Of a stretch of 64,000 nucleotides of DNA, positions 9,461 through 17,903 are shown piece by piece. This DNA is from Candidatus Dojkabacteria bacterium. GTDB taxonomy: Bacteria; Patescibacteriota; Dojkabacteria; JAFGLO01. The notes under the pieces were generated by a model, which worked only from the letters and a program-made list of their open reading frames with translations, was not told the DNA's origin and searched no databases. Every line of letters begins with the position of its first letter. Position 1 is the stretch's first letter. The translations under genes and the position numbers were made by a program. The stretch spans positions 17,467-81,466 of the forward strand of contig JAFGLO010000007.1 of the NCBI GenBank assembly GCA_016927995.1, in the 5' to 3' direction.

Positions 9461-10914
9461 AAAAAATTATCGTAATCGGAGGAGGAATAAGCGGACTTGC
9501 AACTGCTGCACTTTTAGCAAAAGACAGTAATAACGTAACTATTTTGGAGAAAAACGAGATGCTAGGTGGCAGAGGTAGAATGTGGAAATCCAATGGCTTT
9601 TCTTTTGATATGGGACCATCTTGGTATATGATGCCCGAAGTGTTTGATGAATTTTTCGCAATATTTGGACACAAAGTTTCGGACTTTTATCACTTAGAGC
9701 AGCTTGATTCACACTACAAAGTATTTATATCAAACGGAAATTCCTACAATATAACCAAAGACATTAACGCAAACAAATCGCTTTTTGAGAGAGCCCAGCA
9801 GGGTGGAGGCAAAGCCTTAGAAAAATATCTAGACAAATCAAAAGATACTTATGAAATCGCAACAAAAAATCTAATGTATTTTGACTATGAAAATCTTACA
9901 GACATTTTAAAACCCGATGTTTTATACAAACTTACTCAATTAAATTTACTAAAAACTTTTCACAAATATATAACCAGGTTTTTCAAATCAAAAGATCTTC
10001 AAAAAATTATAGAGTTTACAACCGTTTTTCTTGGCGGATCACCATATAACACACCTGCATTTTATAATTTAATATCACATGCAGACTTTAACCTTGGAAT
10101 CTGGTATCCAATGGGTGGAATGTATGAAGTAGTAAAAGCGCTGGAATCACTTTGCAAAGAGCTTGGAGTAACTATCAAAACCAGTGAACCGGTCACCAAA
10201 GTCAATATAGAAAACGGTATTGCCCAAACCGTTGAAACAACAAAAGGTCACTACAATACCGATGCCGTAGTAAATACGGCTGATAGGCAATATTTTGAAA
10301 CAAGGGTGCTTTCCGACAAAACCCAAAGAACCAATTGGGACAAAGCAGTTATGTCACCCTCTGCATTTAATATTTACATAGGTATAAACAAAAGGCTAAA
10401 TGGAGTTGAACATCATAACTTATACTTTAATGACACGTGGGAAACTCATTTCAAAGAGGTATATAAAAACCCTGATTGGCCGGAAACACCATCATATTAC
10501 TTCCATGTACCATCTAAAACCGATCCTGGTGTAGCGCCACAGGGAAGTGAATCAATATTTATTTTGGTGCCTGTAGCACCGGGACTTAACGATTCAGAAG
10601 AAATAAGAGCGGCTTTCGCTACAAAGATGATAACTCACCTCGAGAAATTAACCGGTCAGTCAATAAGTCCACACATTGTTACTCAAAGGATTTTCTCACG
10701 CAGAGATTTTACTTCTGATTATAACAGCTTTAAGGGTTCGGCATTTGGACTTGCACATACTCTATTCCAAACGGCTCTTTTTAGACCTCTAAATAAAGAC
10801 AAACGGGTAGAAAATGTATTTTATGCCGGTCAATATACAAATCCCGGTGTAGGAGTCCCAACAGGTATAATTTCGTCCATGATTGTACGAAAACTAGTTG
10901 CTAATATGCCGTAA
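9457..10914 (+). CDS. crtI: Phytoene desaturase / carotenoid desaturase
   Basis: IGGGISGLATA, FDMGPSWYMMP, WYPMGGM, GSAFGLAHTLFQTALFRP, YAGQYTNPGVGVP. Confidence 0.9.
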   Translation: MKKIIVIGGGISGLATAALLAKDSNNVTILEKNEMLGGRGRMWKSNGFSFDMGPSWYMMPEVFDEFFAIFGHKVSDFYHLEQLDSHYKVFISNGNSYNITKDINANKSLFERAQQGGGKALEKYLDKSKDTYEIATKNLMYFDYENLTDILKPDVLYKLTQLNLLKTFHKYITRFFKSKDLQKIIEFTTVFLGGSPYNTPAFYNLISHADFNLGIWYPMGGMYEVVKALESLCKELGVTIKTSEPVTKVNIENGIAQTVETTKGHYNTDAVVNTADRQYFETRVLSDKTQRTNWDKAVMSPSAFNIYIGINKRLNGVEHHNLYFNDTWETHFKEVYKNPDWPETPSYYFHVPSKTDPGVAPQGSESIFILVPVAPGLNDSEEIRAAFATKMITHLEKLTGQSISPHIVTQRIFSRRDFTSDYNSFKGSAFGLAHTLFQTALFRPLNKDKRVENVFYAGQYTNPGVGVPTGIISSMIVRKLVANMP

Positions 10915-10954
10915 GGTTCACAAAACCATAGGACCCAAAAACTATACTAATTTA

Positions 10955-11716
10955 CTAGTTTGGCCTTAAGGTTCCGGCCCAGACTTGCCAAGCAAGCGCA
11001 GATTTAGCAAACAGGCTTAAGAAAATATAGACTTTTTCGCCAAAGGTATAATCTTTCCATTTGCCAATTTTTTTGTACTGAAGCACCATGTTTATGGCAA
11101 AACAGTTAAAGAAAACAAAGATTGAAACAAAGATCCAATATACAAAGTCGGGTGGGGAAGCTTCTTTTCCAATGTATGATCCCAAATAAAGTGCAATGTT
11201 TACCCACGGGAGAATTCCGGCTATCGATCCAAAGATAAATGAAAGCCAGTTTGTCTTTTTCGTAGTTTGGTTGTGAACCTCCATTATGAGTCCAAACAAA
11301 ATCATCATTGCATTAAGCCCAAACATGGAAATCAAGGAGCTAAACTCATAAATTCCGACAAGCATGGCAATAATCACTATCATTACCGAAGAGCTGAATG
11401 TATATTCTATCCATCGTGCATAGTTTATTCCTTTTTTAAGGTTTCGAACGTACCAGTCAAATACTCTGGGTAGGGTAAGAATAAAGTGTGCAGATGAAGA
11501 CATAAAAAGAAAAAGTGCCACAGCTGGGCCAATTGGTATCTCAAAAAGTGTTTTTATGTATGGTGATAAACTCTGAGTAGCCGGATTAAACTCTAAAAAA
11601 TTCCCAATCACAGGCAACGCAAAATCGGTGCTTAAGCTTAGCATCAAAATTCCTTGAATTAGGTGGAAAACACCCATCCAGAAGTTGTACGTGCGAAGTT
11701 TCGCAAATTTCCCCAT
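10955..11716 (-). CDS. Heliorhodopsin (HeR)
   Basis: Seven hydrophobic segments; FHLIQG (TM1 His), SAHF (TM2 His), RWIEYTFSSSVM (counterion Glu), LSLFAKSALAWQVWAG (retinal-binding Lys). Confidence 0.95.
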   Translation of the reverse strand: MGKFAKLRTYNFWMGVFHLIQGILMLSLSTDFALPVIGNFLEFNPATQSLSPYIKTLFEIPIGPAVALFLFMSSSAHFILTLPRVFDWYVRNLKKGINYARWIEYTFSSSVMIVIIAMLVGIYEFSSLISMFGLNAMMILFGLIMEVHNQTTKKTNWLSFIFGSIAGILPWVNIALYLGSYIGKEASPPDFVYWIFVSIFVFFNCFAINMVLQYKKIGKWKDYTFGEKVYIFLSLFAKSALAWQVWAGTLRPN

Positions 11717-11779
11717 ATAAAAATCTGGTTAACTTAAGCTATCCTAGTATAGCAAATTAAAAGAATTTTTTGGGGGATT

Positions 11780-12280
11780 TTACCATTTCTCTTCGTGAAC
11801 CTTAGATTTATTATATTCATCCTCTGTATGCGGGCTAGGGGAGGCTGCAGCTTTTCCAATAGCAAGTGCACATAAAACCCTTCTATCATCTGGAATATTT
11901 AGAATTTTTCGAACAAGCGCCTCGCGGTCGCCGTCATCTTTTCTAACGTTAGCCCAACAGGACGAAAGCCCTTGGTTAACAGCCTCTAGCATCATATATC
12001 CAACCGCAAGTGAACAATCTTCTATCCAGAATCTACCTTCCGTAGACACTACAATAATTGCTGCGCTACAATCGGCTAGGAATGCTTGATACTGGCCAAG
12101 TCCACTAAGCTTTTTAAGGGTATCTTTATCTTTTACAACAACAAATTCATACTCTTTAAGGTTCATGCCAGAAGGCGCGACCATTCCTGCTGTAAGAATC
12201 TCTTTAACTTGGGAATCGGTAATTTGGAATTTCGGTTCAAAACTTCTAACACTTTTGCGGTTTTTAAAAAGATTGTGCAT
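11780..12280 (-). CDS. Nitroreductase family protein
   Basis: RKSVRSF, APSGMN, EFVVV, GLSSCW. Confidence 0.9.
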   Translation of the reverse strand: MHNLFKNRKSVRSFEPKFQITDSQVKEILTAGMVAPSGMNLKEYEFVVVKDKDTLKKLSGLGQYQAFLADCSAAIIVVSTEGRFWIEDCSLAVGYMMLEAVNQGLSSCWANVRKDDGDREALVRKILNIPDDRRVLCALAIGKAAASPSPHTEDEYNKSKVHEEKW

Positions 12281-12327
12281 TATTAAAACCTAAAGTTAGC
12301 TGTATTCAGATTATACACAAACCATCA

Positions 12328-12789
12328 TTAAACAGAAAACTTGTCCTTGATTGAGGGACTTATCGACTGCAGGATGTTTATCAGCCTCGCAATATCCTTT
12401 TCATCAAAAAGTTTATATCCAAAAAATACCTTGGTTCTTTTGTTCTCAGAAATAAAAACAATTACCACGCTACCTTTACGACGCACGTGTTCCTCAATAA
12501 CAGATATGTCCGAGATTAAAATAGACTGGACCGAAACTAGCTGCTTCACCACCAGATAATCATTCTCTATGATAACTTTCGTTGTTATCATATATAGTCC
12601 AAAACTGATACCTATAATAATCATGCAAAATACAGACAGTGCAAAGGGAGTAATGACATCCAGTTGACCATCGAAAACAAGTATTGAGAGAAACAAAAAC
12701 ATAAAAATGAATCCACCTAACAGGCTATTCACAAATACGGCCTTTTTATAGCTTGGCCGAATGATTAATTTTGTTATTTTTTCTTCCAT
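12328..12789 (-). CDS. Two-TM membrane protein with a bacterial PH-like C-terminal part (start re-set to MEEKIT)
   Basis: Two hydrophobic helices, then a beta-rich segment. The longer ORF-track start runs through the hairpin element. Confidence 0.6.
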   Translation of the reverse strand: MEEKITKLIIRPSYKKAVFVNSLLGGFIFMFLFLSILVFDGQLDVITPFALSVFCMIIIGISFGLYMITTKVIIENDYLVVKQLVSVQSILISDISVIEEHVRRKGSVVIVFISENKRTKVFFGYKLFDEKDIARLINILQSISPSIKDKFSV

Positions 12790-12812
12790 GTTTCTTGTAA
12801 GTATCAGACCTC

Positions 12813-13021
12813 CAAATCGGAGTGGTCGTCGCAATGACCTTGCTGCGACGAAACAAACATGTTGTGCTAAAGCACAACGACAAAGCCTCTTAAGCAAAGC
12901 TAATCCCAGCCCGCAAACCCTTAAGCGGGCTAACTTTCCCTAGAAAGGGAAAAATTTGATAAGAACGGTCGTGGAGTTCAATCACACTACTTCCATAATG
13001 TAAAGATCAAATCGGAGTGGT
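12813..13021. repeat. 14-bp direct repeat of the tRNA-Pro 3' end bracketing four hairpins
   Basis: caaatcggagtggt at 12813-12826 and 13008-13021; stems at 12826-12851, 12861-12878, 12908-12931, 12935-12952. Confidence 0.75.
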
Positions 13022-13085
13022 GGGACTCGAACCCACGACCTCACGGTCCCAAACCGTGCATTCTAGCCAACTGAACTACACTCCG
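13012..13085 (-). tRNA. tRNA-Pro(TGG), CCA not encoded
   Basis: CGGAGTG acceptor stem, CACGG-TTTGGGA-CCGTG anticodon arm, GTGGG-TTCGAGT-CCCAC T arm. Confidence 0.97.
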
Positions 13086-13320
13086 CTTTTTGATAGAACT
13101 TGTCTCGCTTAAATCGGCTTCTTTTTATTTCAAGCTCGTACTTTCTTGCCTGCTCAATTGTATCAAATCTTTCATAATATATTAATCTCCATTGAGAAGA
13201 TCTTTTAGTATAATTACTTCTCTTACTATTATGCTCTTCCGTTCTTCTCTTCAAATTTGTTGTTGAACCAACATACCTTTCTCCAAACTCGTTTTCTAGC
13301 AAATATACAAAACCACTCAT
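13063..13320 (-). CDS. Small GIY-YIG nuclease; last codons overlap the tRNA-Pro 5' end
   Basis: FVYLL...YVGST.NLKRR.EHN...YTK...LIYYE...ARKYELEIK. Confidence 0.9.
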   Translation of the reverse strand: MSGFVYLLENEFGERYVGSTTNLKRRTEEHNSKRSNYTKRSSQWRLIYYERFDTIEQARKYELEIKRSRFKRDKFYQKAECSSVG

Positions 13321-13329
13321 AACTTTAAA

Positions 13330-13394
13330 TCACGGTCCTCTATCTGTCGATAGACAGGCAAACCGTGCATTCTAGCCAACTGAACTACACTCCG
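13330..13394 (-). pseudogene. 5' 45 nt of tRNA-Pro duplicated, with a 20-nt palindrome in the anticodon loop
   Basis: Identical to tRNA nt 1-45 except for the insert at 13339-13358 (tctatctgtcgatagacagg). Confidence 0.9.
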
Positions 13395-13405
13395 TATATG
13401 CTATT

Positions 13406-13411
13406 ATTATA
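13406..13411 (-). promoter_or_regulatory. -10 box probably driving the partial tRNA, GIY-YIG gene and tRNA-Pro
   Basis: TATAAT 11 nt upstream of the partial tRNA copy. Confidence 0.5.
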
Positions 13412-13458
13412 CAATAAACAAGCAGAAATAGTAACACTTATCTGATAAAATATACAGT

Positions 13459-13566
13459 ATGAAAACACTCCTATTAGACATAGATGAAACACTTTTAGAC
13501 CATTCGATCTGGTCACCAGCACGAAATAATCATATTGCAGACATCTTGGGTAGGTCAACAAATTAA
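13459..13566 (+). pseudogene. N-terminal fragment of a HAD-family hydrolase
   Basis: MKTLLLDIDETLLD (DxD motif I), then a stop after 35 aa. Confidence 0.6.
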
Positions 13567-13590
13567 TTCCTTAACTGAACTACTATACAT

Positions 13591-14019
13591 ATGAGACTCT
13601 GGTCAATACACCCCAAATATCTAGACGCCAAAGGACTTATAGCACTGTGGAGAGAATCACTTTTAGCAAAAGCCGTTTTGGAAGGAAAAACCAAGGGTTA
13701 TAAAAATCATCCACAACTTATAAGATTTAAAAACTCAAGTAATCCCAAGTCCCTGATCAATAACTACTTAGAGCACATTCACAAAGAAGCCAGTCGTAGG
13801 GGATATTCATTTTCAAAATATAAATACCGGGAAGTAGATCCCCAACCCAAGATAGCTATAACTAGGGGGCAGTTAGATTTTGAACTAAACCATTTACTCA
13901 AAAAATTGAGGAGTAGGGCACCACAATTCTATAAAGTCCTTAGAGCTACAGGGAAAATATATCCACACCCGATATTTAAGTTAATCAAGGGACCCATATC
14001 AGAGTGGGAGAAGTTTTGA
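13591..14019 (+). CDS. Pyrimidine-dimer DNA glycosylase / T4 endonuclease V-like protein
   Basis: MRLWSIHPKYLDAKGLIALWRESLLA, GYKNHPQLIRF, EASRRGY. Confidence 0.88.
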   Translation: MRLWSIHPKYLDAKGLIALWRESLLAKAVLEGKTKGYKNHPQLIRFKNSSNPKSLINNYLEHIHKEASRRGYSFSKYKYREVDPQPKIAITRGQLDFELNHLLKKLRSRAPQFYKVLRATGKIYPHPIFKLIKGPISEWEKF

Positions 14020-14081
14020 TCCGATAAACTCTTGCTGTTATACTTCATATTAAACTAACTTAAACAAGCTACTAACAAAAA

Positions 14082-14579
14082 ATGAAAAAGCGAACCATAA
14101 AAATTGGACTTAGTTTGATTGGAATTATTGTCTTGGGAGTGTCTGTCTGGTGGATAATTAAAGATTCAAAATTTATACAAAACAGGGAAAATCATACAGC
14201 AGAGCAAACAGAGACAGGTATCTGGCACACCCTTCAAGATACAACATGGTCTATGGATGACGGTTGGGCAGGCACACTGTACATATTTTATAAAGACAAC
14301 GATGGGAACCCAAGGTGCATTCGCCAAGTAGAGGGAAGTGGCTTGTATGTAATAAACAGTAGTTTTGTAAATTTGGAAGTTACAGACGAAGATAGTATAA
14401 AAATAGGTTGGAAAGAATATAGGTTGGTAAACAACACCAAACTCGTTTCTCAAAACAACGAACTTAAGCTCTTGGCAAATGAGCCAATTGTATACTCACG
14501 ACTCTACAAGATTCCTATGGATATTGTACGAGACCCTGATTTTAATCCGGAAGAATACCTTGACTATAAATTAAAATAA
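14082..14579 (+). CDS. Membrane-anchored hypothetical protein
   Basis: N-terminal TM helix and a soluble beta-rich domain. Confidence 0.7.
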   Translation: MKKRTIKIGLSLIGIIVLGVSVWWIIKDSKFIQNRENHTAEQTETGIWHTLQDTTWSMDDGWAGTLYIFYKDNDGNPRCIRQVEGSGLYVINSSFVNLEVTDEDSIKIGWKEYRLVNNTKLVSQNNELKLLANEPIVYSRLYKIPMDIVRDPDFNPEEYLDYKLK

Positions 14580-14598
14580 CAACCTGTTAAAATAGAGC

Positions 14599-15390
14599 GT
14601 GGGAGAACAAAAATCCCTGCCCAAGAATAGTAGTCCAATAAAACTTTCACTTGTTCTCAGTTTCTACAAAGATGATAACCGTGTAATACGTACAATTCGT
14701 GAGATCAATTCATTTTTAAATGATACACACATAAGCTACGAACTAATAATAATCCTAAATGGAGGATATCTAAAAACCACAATTAATCTTTTAAAAATTA
14801 AACATTATCCAAACACAAAAATCATTGCATATAGGAGCCACAAACCTTATGGCTTCTCGGTAAAATATGGAATGCTAAATGCAAAAGGCTTGTATATCGG
14901 ATTTGTAGACAACTCACTCTCAAATGATCAACTTGATGAAACAATGAATGCAATAGTACAACAGATTGTGCTTCGAAACAAGGATGTCTTAACAATAACC
15001 CAAAATGGCAGTAACAAAATTGCCGATTTTTGCCTGTCGCTCTTACAAAACATCTTTTTAGGATTTGGTCTTGAGAAACCTGTTCAAATAGCAACCATCT
15101 TCAACAAACACATATTATATGACGCACTTACAAGGTCCGCACTCGAAGAAACACATTGGGAAACTGAGCTTTTGGCAATAGCAAAATCACTTAACAAACT
15201 TAAACTATCAGAACAATCCATGAAATTTCACGGTAAGACTAATAAATTATCGTTAAGTCCACTGCTACGCATTCTTAAAAACATATACTTTAACGGATAT
15301 TATCAAAATCAAACGATAAACAAGTTTAACGAAATTACAGTTAAATATGCGCAACTTGAGATATCTGAAAAAATAACACCTTCACAATAA
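14599..15390 (+). CDS. Divergent family 2 glycosyltransferase
   Basis: LSLVLSFYKDD, YELIII, GFSVKYGMLNAKG.YIGFVD; the DxD motif is altered to DNS. Confidence 0.7.
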   Translation: MGEQKSLPKNSSPIKLSLVLSFYKDDNRVIRTIREINSFLNDTHISYELIIILNGGYLKTTINLLKIKHYPNTKIIAYRSHKPYGFSVKYGMLNAKGLYIGFVDNSLSNDQLDETMNAIVQQIVLRNKDVLTITQNGSNKIADFCLSLLQNIFLGFGLEKPVQIATIFNKHILYDALTRSALEETHWETELLAIAKSLNKLKLSEQSMKFHGKTNKLSLSPLLRILKNIYFNGYYQNQTINKFNEITVKYAQLEISEKITPSQ

Positions 15391-15439
15391 TATAAAAATA
15401 ATGTAGCCTATACAAATAACTAAATTTGTTAAGAAAAGG

Positions 15440-16090
15440 TTGGCAAAACTAGATTTCAAAAAACAGGAGAAACCTCTTTATATGCCTAAACCTGACGAAC
15501 CAATAACAATAGACGTTCCCAAAATGAACTTTCTTATGATTGATGGGATAGGGGCCCCCGAATCAAAACAGTTTGCACAATCAGTCGAAGCTCTTTATTC
15601 CGTTTCCTACACAATAAAATCAATGCCTAAAAAAGGCTTGGAAATCCCGGGTTATTATGACTATGTAATGGCGCCACTCGAGGGATTGTGGTGGTCAAAA
15701 GATATTAAAACAAAAGGATTTACGCCGGATAGAAACAAGTGGTTATGGACACTAATGATTCGTCAACCGGAATTTATTGACAGAATAATCTCTTTTGGCG
15801 CAATTCAACAGATAATCGATAAAAAGAAAAACCCAATTGCCGAAAACATAAAGTTCGTGGAATTTAAAGAAGGTCTAAGCGTCCAGATAATGCATATTGG
15901 TCCTTACAAAACCGAAGAAACAACTGTTGATAAACTTCACAAATTTATCAATGACAACAGATTCGAACTTAATGGAAAACATCATGAAATATATATTTCA
16001 GACCCACGAAAGGCAGATCCCTTAAAAATGAAGACGGTTATACGATATCCCATCCGTAGGGACTTATACAATCATGGGGTGTCGGTTTAA
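15440..16090 (+). CDS. GyrI-like small-molecule-binding protein
   Basis: FLMIDG.G.P, PLEGLWW, WTLMIRQP, QIMHIGPY, HHEIYISDPRK. Confidence 0.9.
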   Translation: MAKLDFKKQEKPLYMPKPDEPITIDVPKMNFLMIDGIGAPESKQFAQSVEALYSVSYTIKSMPKKGLEIPGYYDYVMAPLEGLWWSKDIKTKGFTPDRNKWLWTLMIRQPEFIDRIISFGAIQQIIDKKKNPIAENIKFVEFKEGLSVQIMHIGPYKTEETTVDKLHKFINDNRFELNGKHHEIYISDPRKADPLKMKTVIRYPIRRDLYNHGVSV

Positions 16091-16102
16091 ACCCGCCCCT
16101 AC
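16056..16102 (-). mobile_element. TTTAAA-core REP carrying a truncated end of the 184-bp element
   Basis: Minus strand reads GTAGGGGCGGG-TTTAAA-CCGACACCCCATG...GTCCCTAC. Confidence 0.7.
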
Positions 16103-16103
16103 G

Positions 16104-16147
16104 AATTATTTACAACCCAGTTTCTAATTATTTACAACCCGGTTTCG
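16104..16147. repeat. 22-bp tandem duplication next to a REP
   Basis: aattatttacaacccagtttct followed by aattatttacaacccggtttcg. Confidence 0.8.
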
Positions 16148-16930
16148 ACCAAGCTCCTTAGCGCGATAAAGCCTTATATCCGCGATCTTTACAAGTTCCA
16201 CGGCATTTGCCGCATCACTGGGTAGAGTTGAAACACCTATACTAACAGTGATGTTTAAATCGAGAGCGGAAATAATCCCGGAGATTCTTCTTGCAACATT
16301 TGCAGCCGGAATATTTTCCGTATCGGGCAACAAAACAACAAACTCCTCACCTCCATATCGATAGGCTCTGTCCATGGGACGAATATTTCCCGATATATGT
16401 TTAGCAACGGTCGTAAGTAATTTATCACCGGCTTGATGACCGTAACTATCGTTGTATTTTTTAAAAAAGTCTATATCTATCATAAGGCAGGAAATATGCG
16501 TTTTATACTTTTGGGCATCTAAAACAAGTGTTTCTATGTCTTTATCAAAATGACCTCTATTATAAAGCCCGGTCAAAGCGTCACGATTTAATTTCTCAAT
16601 AACGTTTCTATACTTCATTCCTCTAACAAGAACCGGTCTTATCTCTTTTATAATCTCGTCAAAGAGCTGTTCATCCTGGGTTGTGAACTTCTCCCGTTCG
16701 GGAACAATTAAATCAATAACACCTTTTACATCCTTTAAAATATCAAAAGGGATTGCTTTCACAACAAAGCCCATATCCGCCTTAGCCGAGTAATTTGCAG
16801 ACAAGTCAGAATTTTTTATTGCGTTAATTCTTACAGTGGGTAAATCAAAAGAAACGCTTACATCTTCATTATGTTCATCCGTCGACTTACAACGCGCCGT
16901 TTTATCATAACAAACATGAGAAATAACCAA
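16124..16930 (-). CDS. Diguanylate cyclase (GGDEF); frame stays open upstream to 17116
   Basis: DALTGLYNR, IDIDFFKKYND.YGHQAGD, RPMD I-site, RYGGEEF, TVSIG. Confidence 0.92.
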   Translation of the reverse strand: MVISHVCYDKTARCKSTDEHNEDVSVSFDLPTVRINAIKNSDLSANYSAKADMGFVVKAIPFDILKDVKGVIDLIVPEREKFTTQDEQLFDEIIKEIRPVLVRGMKYRNVIEKLNRDALTGLYNRGHFDKDIETLVLDAQKYKTHISCLMIDIDFFKKYNDSYGHQAGDKLLTTVAKHISGNIRPMDRAYRYGGEEFVVLLPDTENIPAANVARRISGIISALDLNITVSIGVSTLPSDAANAVELVKIADIRLYRAKELGRNRVVNN

Positions 16931-17222
16931 ATCGTTTTTAATAATGAGAATAGAGCAGGCAACAACTTTCTTTCTATCAACAATTGATCTAAGAATAATT
17001 CTATTTATAATCGAAAGATCAAGTTCAGATGAAAGTTTATGTACAAGACTATCAAGAAACCTTTTGTTCTTATTATTTGTTACAAAAGGGATATTTATAG
17101 CTGTTATCCCGTTATCTTATTTTGGAGGCTGTCCCCACATGCGCTCTAAATGATATTATACCACGGTAACATATCAGAAGTAAAGTTAGATTCATTTAAA
17201 ATTCAACTAAAATACGATATAC

Positions 17223-17885
17223 TTGGCAATGGTTAAGTATCATATACAATACGGTAAACGAAGAACAATTGCCGTTCATATAAACAATTCCGGAAAAGTA
17301 ATAATAAAGGCACCTTACAACATTCCCGAAAGAATAGTACTACAATTTGTGTCAGAAAAAAGAGATTGGATAAATAAAAATCTAGCTAGAATTAGCCGCA
17401 GTAAAAAATATGCTCATACATATAAGCCGGGTGACAAGTTTTATTATCTTGGGGAACTATTTCCAATAGATTTTAACGAATCAATAAGAAGTGTAACACT
17501 AAGTAACGGAAATCTTATAATTCCAAAGGGAGAAAAGAAAGCCAAAGATCTTCTTTCAGCTTGGTTTAGGAAAAAGGCCCGGTTCATTCTTAAGAAAAAA
17601 CTTAACAACTGGTCAGAAATAATGAATCTGTCGTTCAATTCTCTAAAAATTACAAGCGCTGAAACCCGATGGGGATCATGTACAAGTCAAGGAAATGTAA
17701 ACTTTCCCTTTAGAATTGTAATGCTTCCGCTGGAAATCATCGATTATGTCGTTGTTCATGAGCTTTCACACCTTAAAGAGCTTAACCACAGCAAAGTATT
17801 CTGGAAGATCGTAGAAGTCTATCGTCCAATGTTTAAGAATGAACGCAAATGGCTCAGAGAAAACTCATACAAGTTTGTAATATAA
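17223..17885 (+). CDS. YgjP/DUF45 family zinc metallohydrolase
   Basis: RWGSC, IDYVVVHELSHL, NHSKVFW. Confidence 0.9.
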   Translation: MAMVKYHIQYGKRRTIAVHINNSGKVIIKAPYNIPERIVLQFVSEKRDWINKNLARISRSKKYAHTYKPGDKFYYLGELFPIDFNESIRSVTLSNGNLIIPKGEKKAKDLLSAWFRKKARFILKKKLNNWSEIMNLSFNSLKITSAETRWGSCTSQGNVNFPFRIVMLPLEIIDYVVVHELSHLKELNHSKVFWKIVEVYRPMFKNERKWLRENSYKFVI

Positions 17886-17903
17886 AAATGTTATACTAGA
17901 CCC

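Noticed and set aside
12790-12897. N-terminal extension of ORF 12328..12897
   Set aside because: It runs through the hairpin cassette; MEEKIT at 12789 is the more plausible start
13012-13394. Self-splicing tRNA intron encoding a homing endonuclease
   Set aside because: The downstream tRNA is complete without splicing and there is no room for a group I or II core
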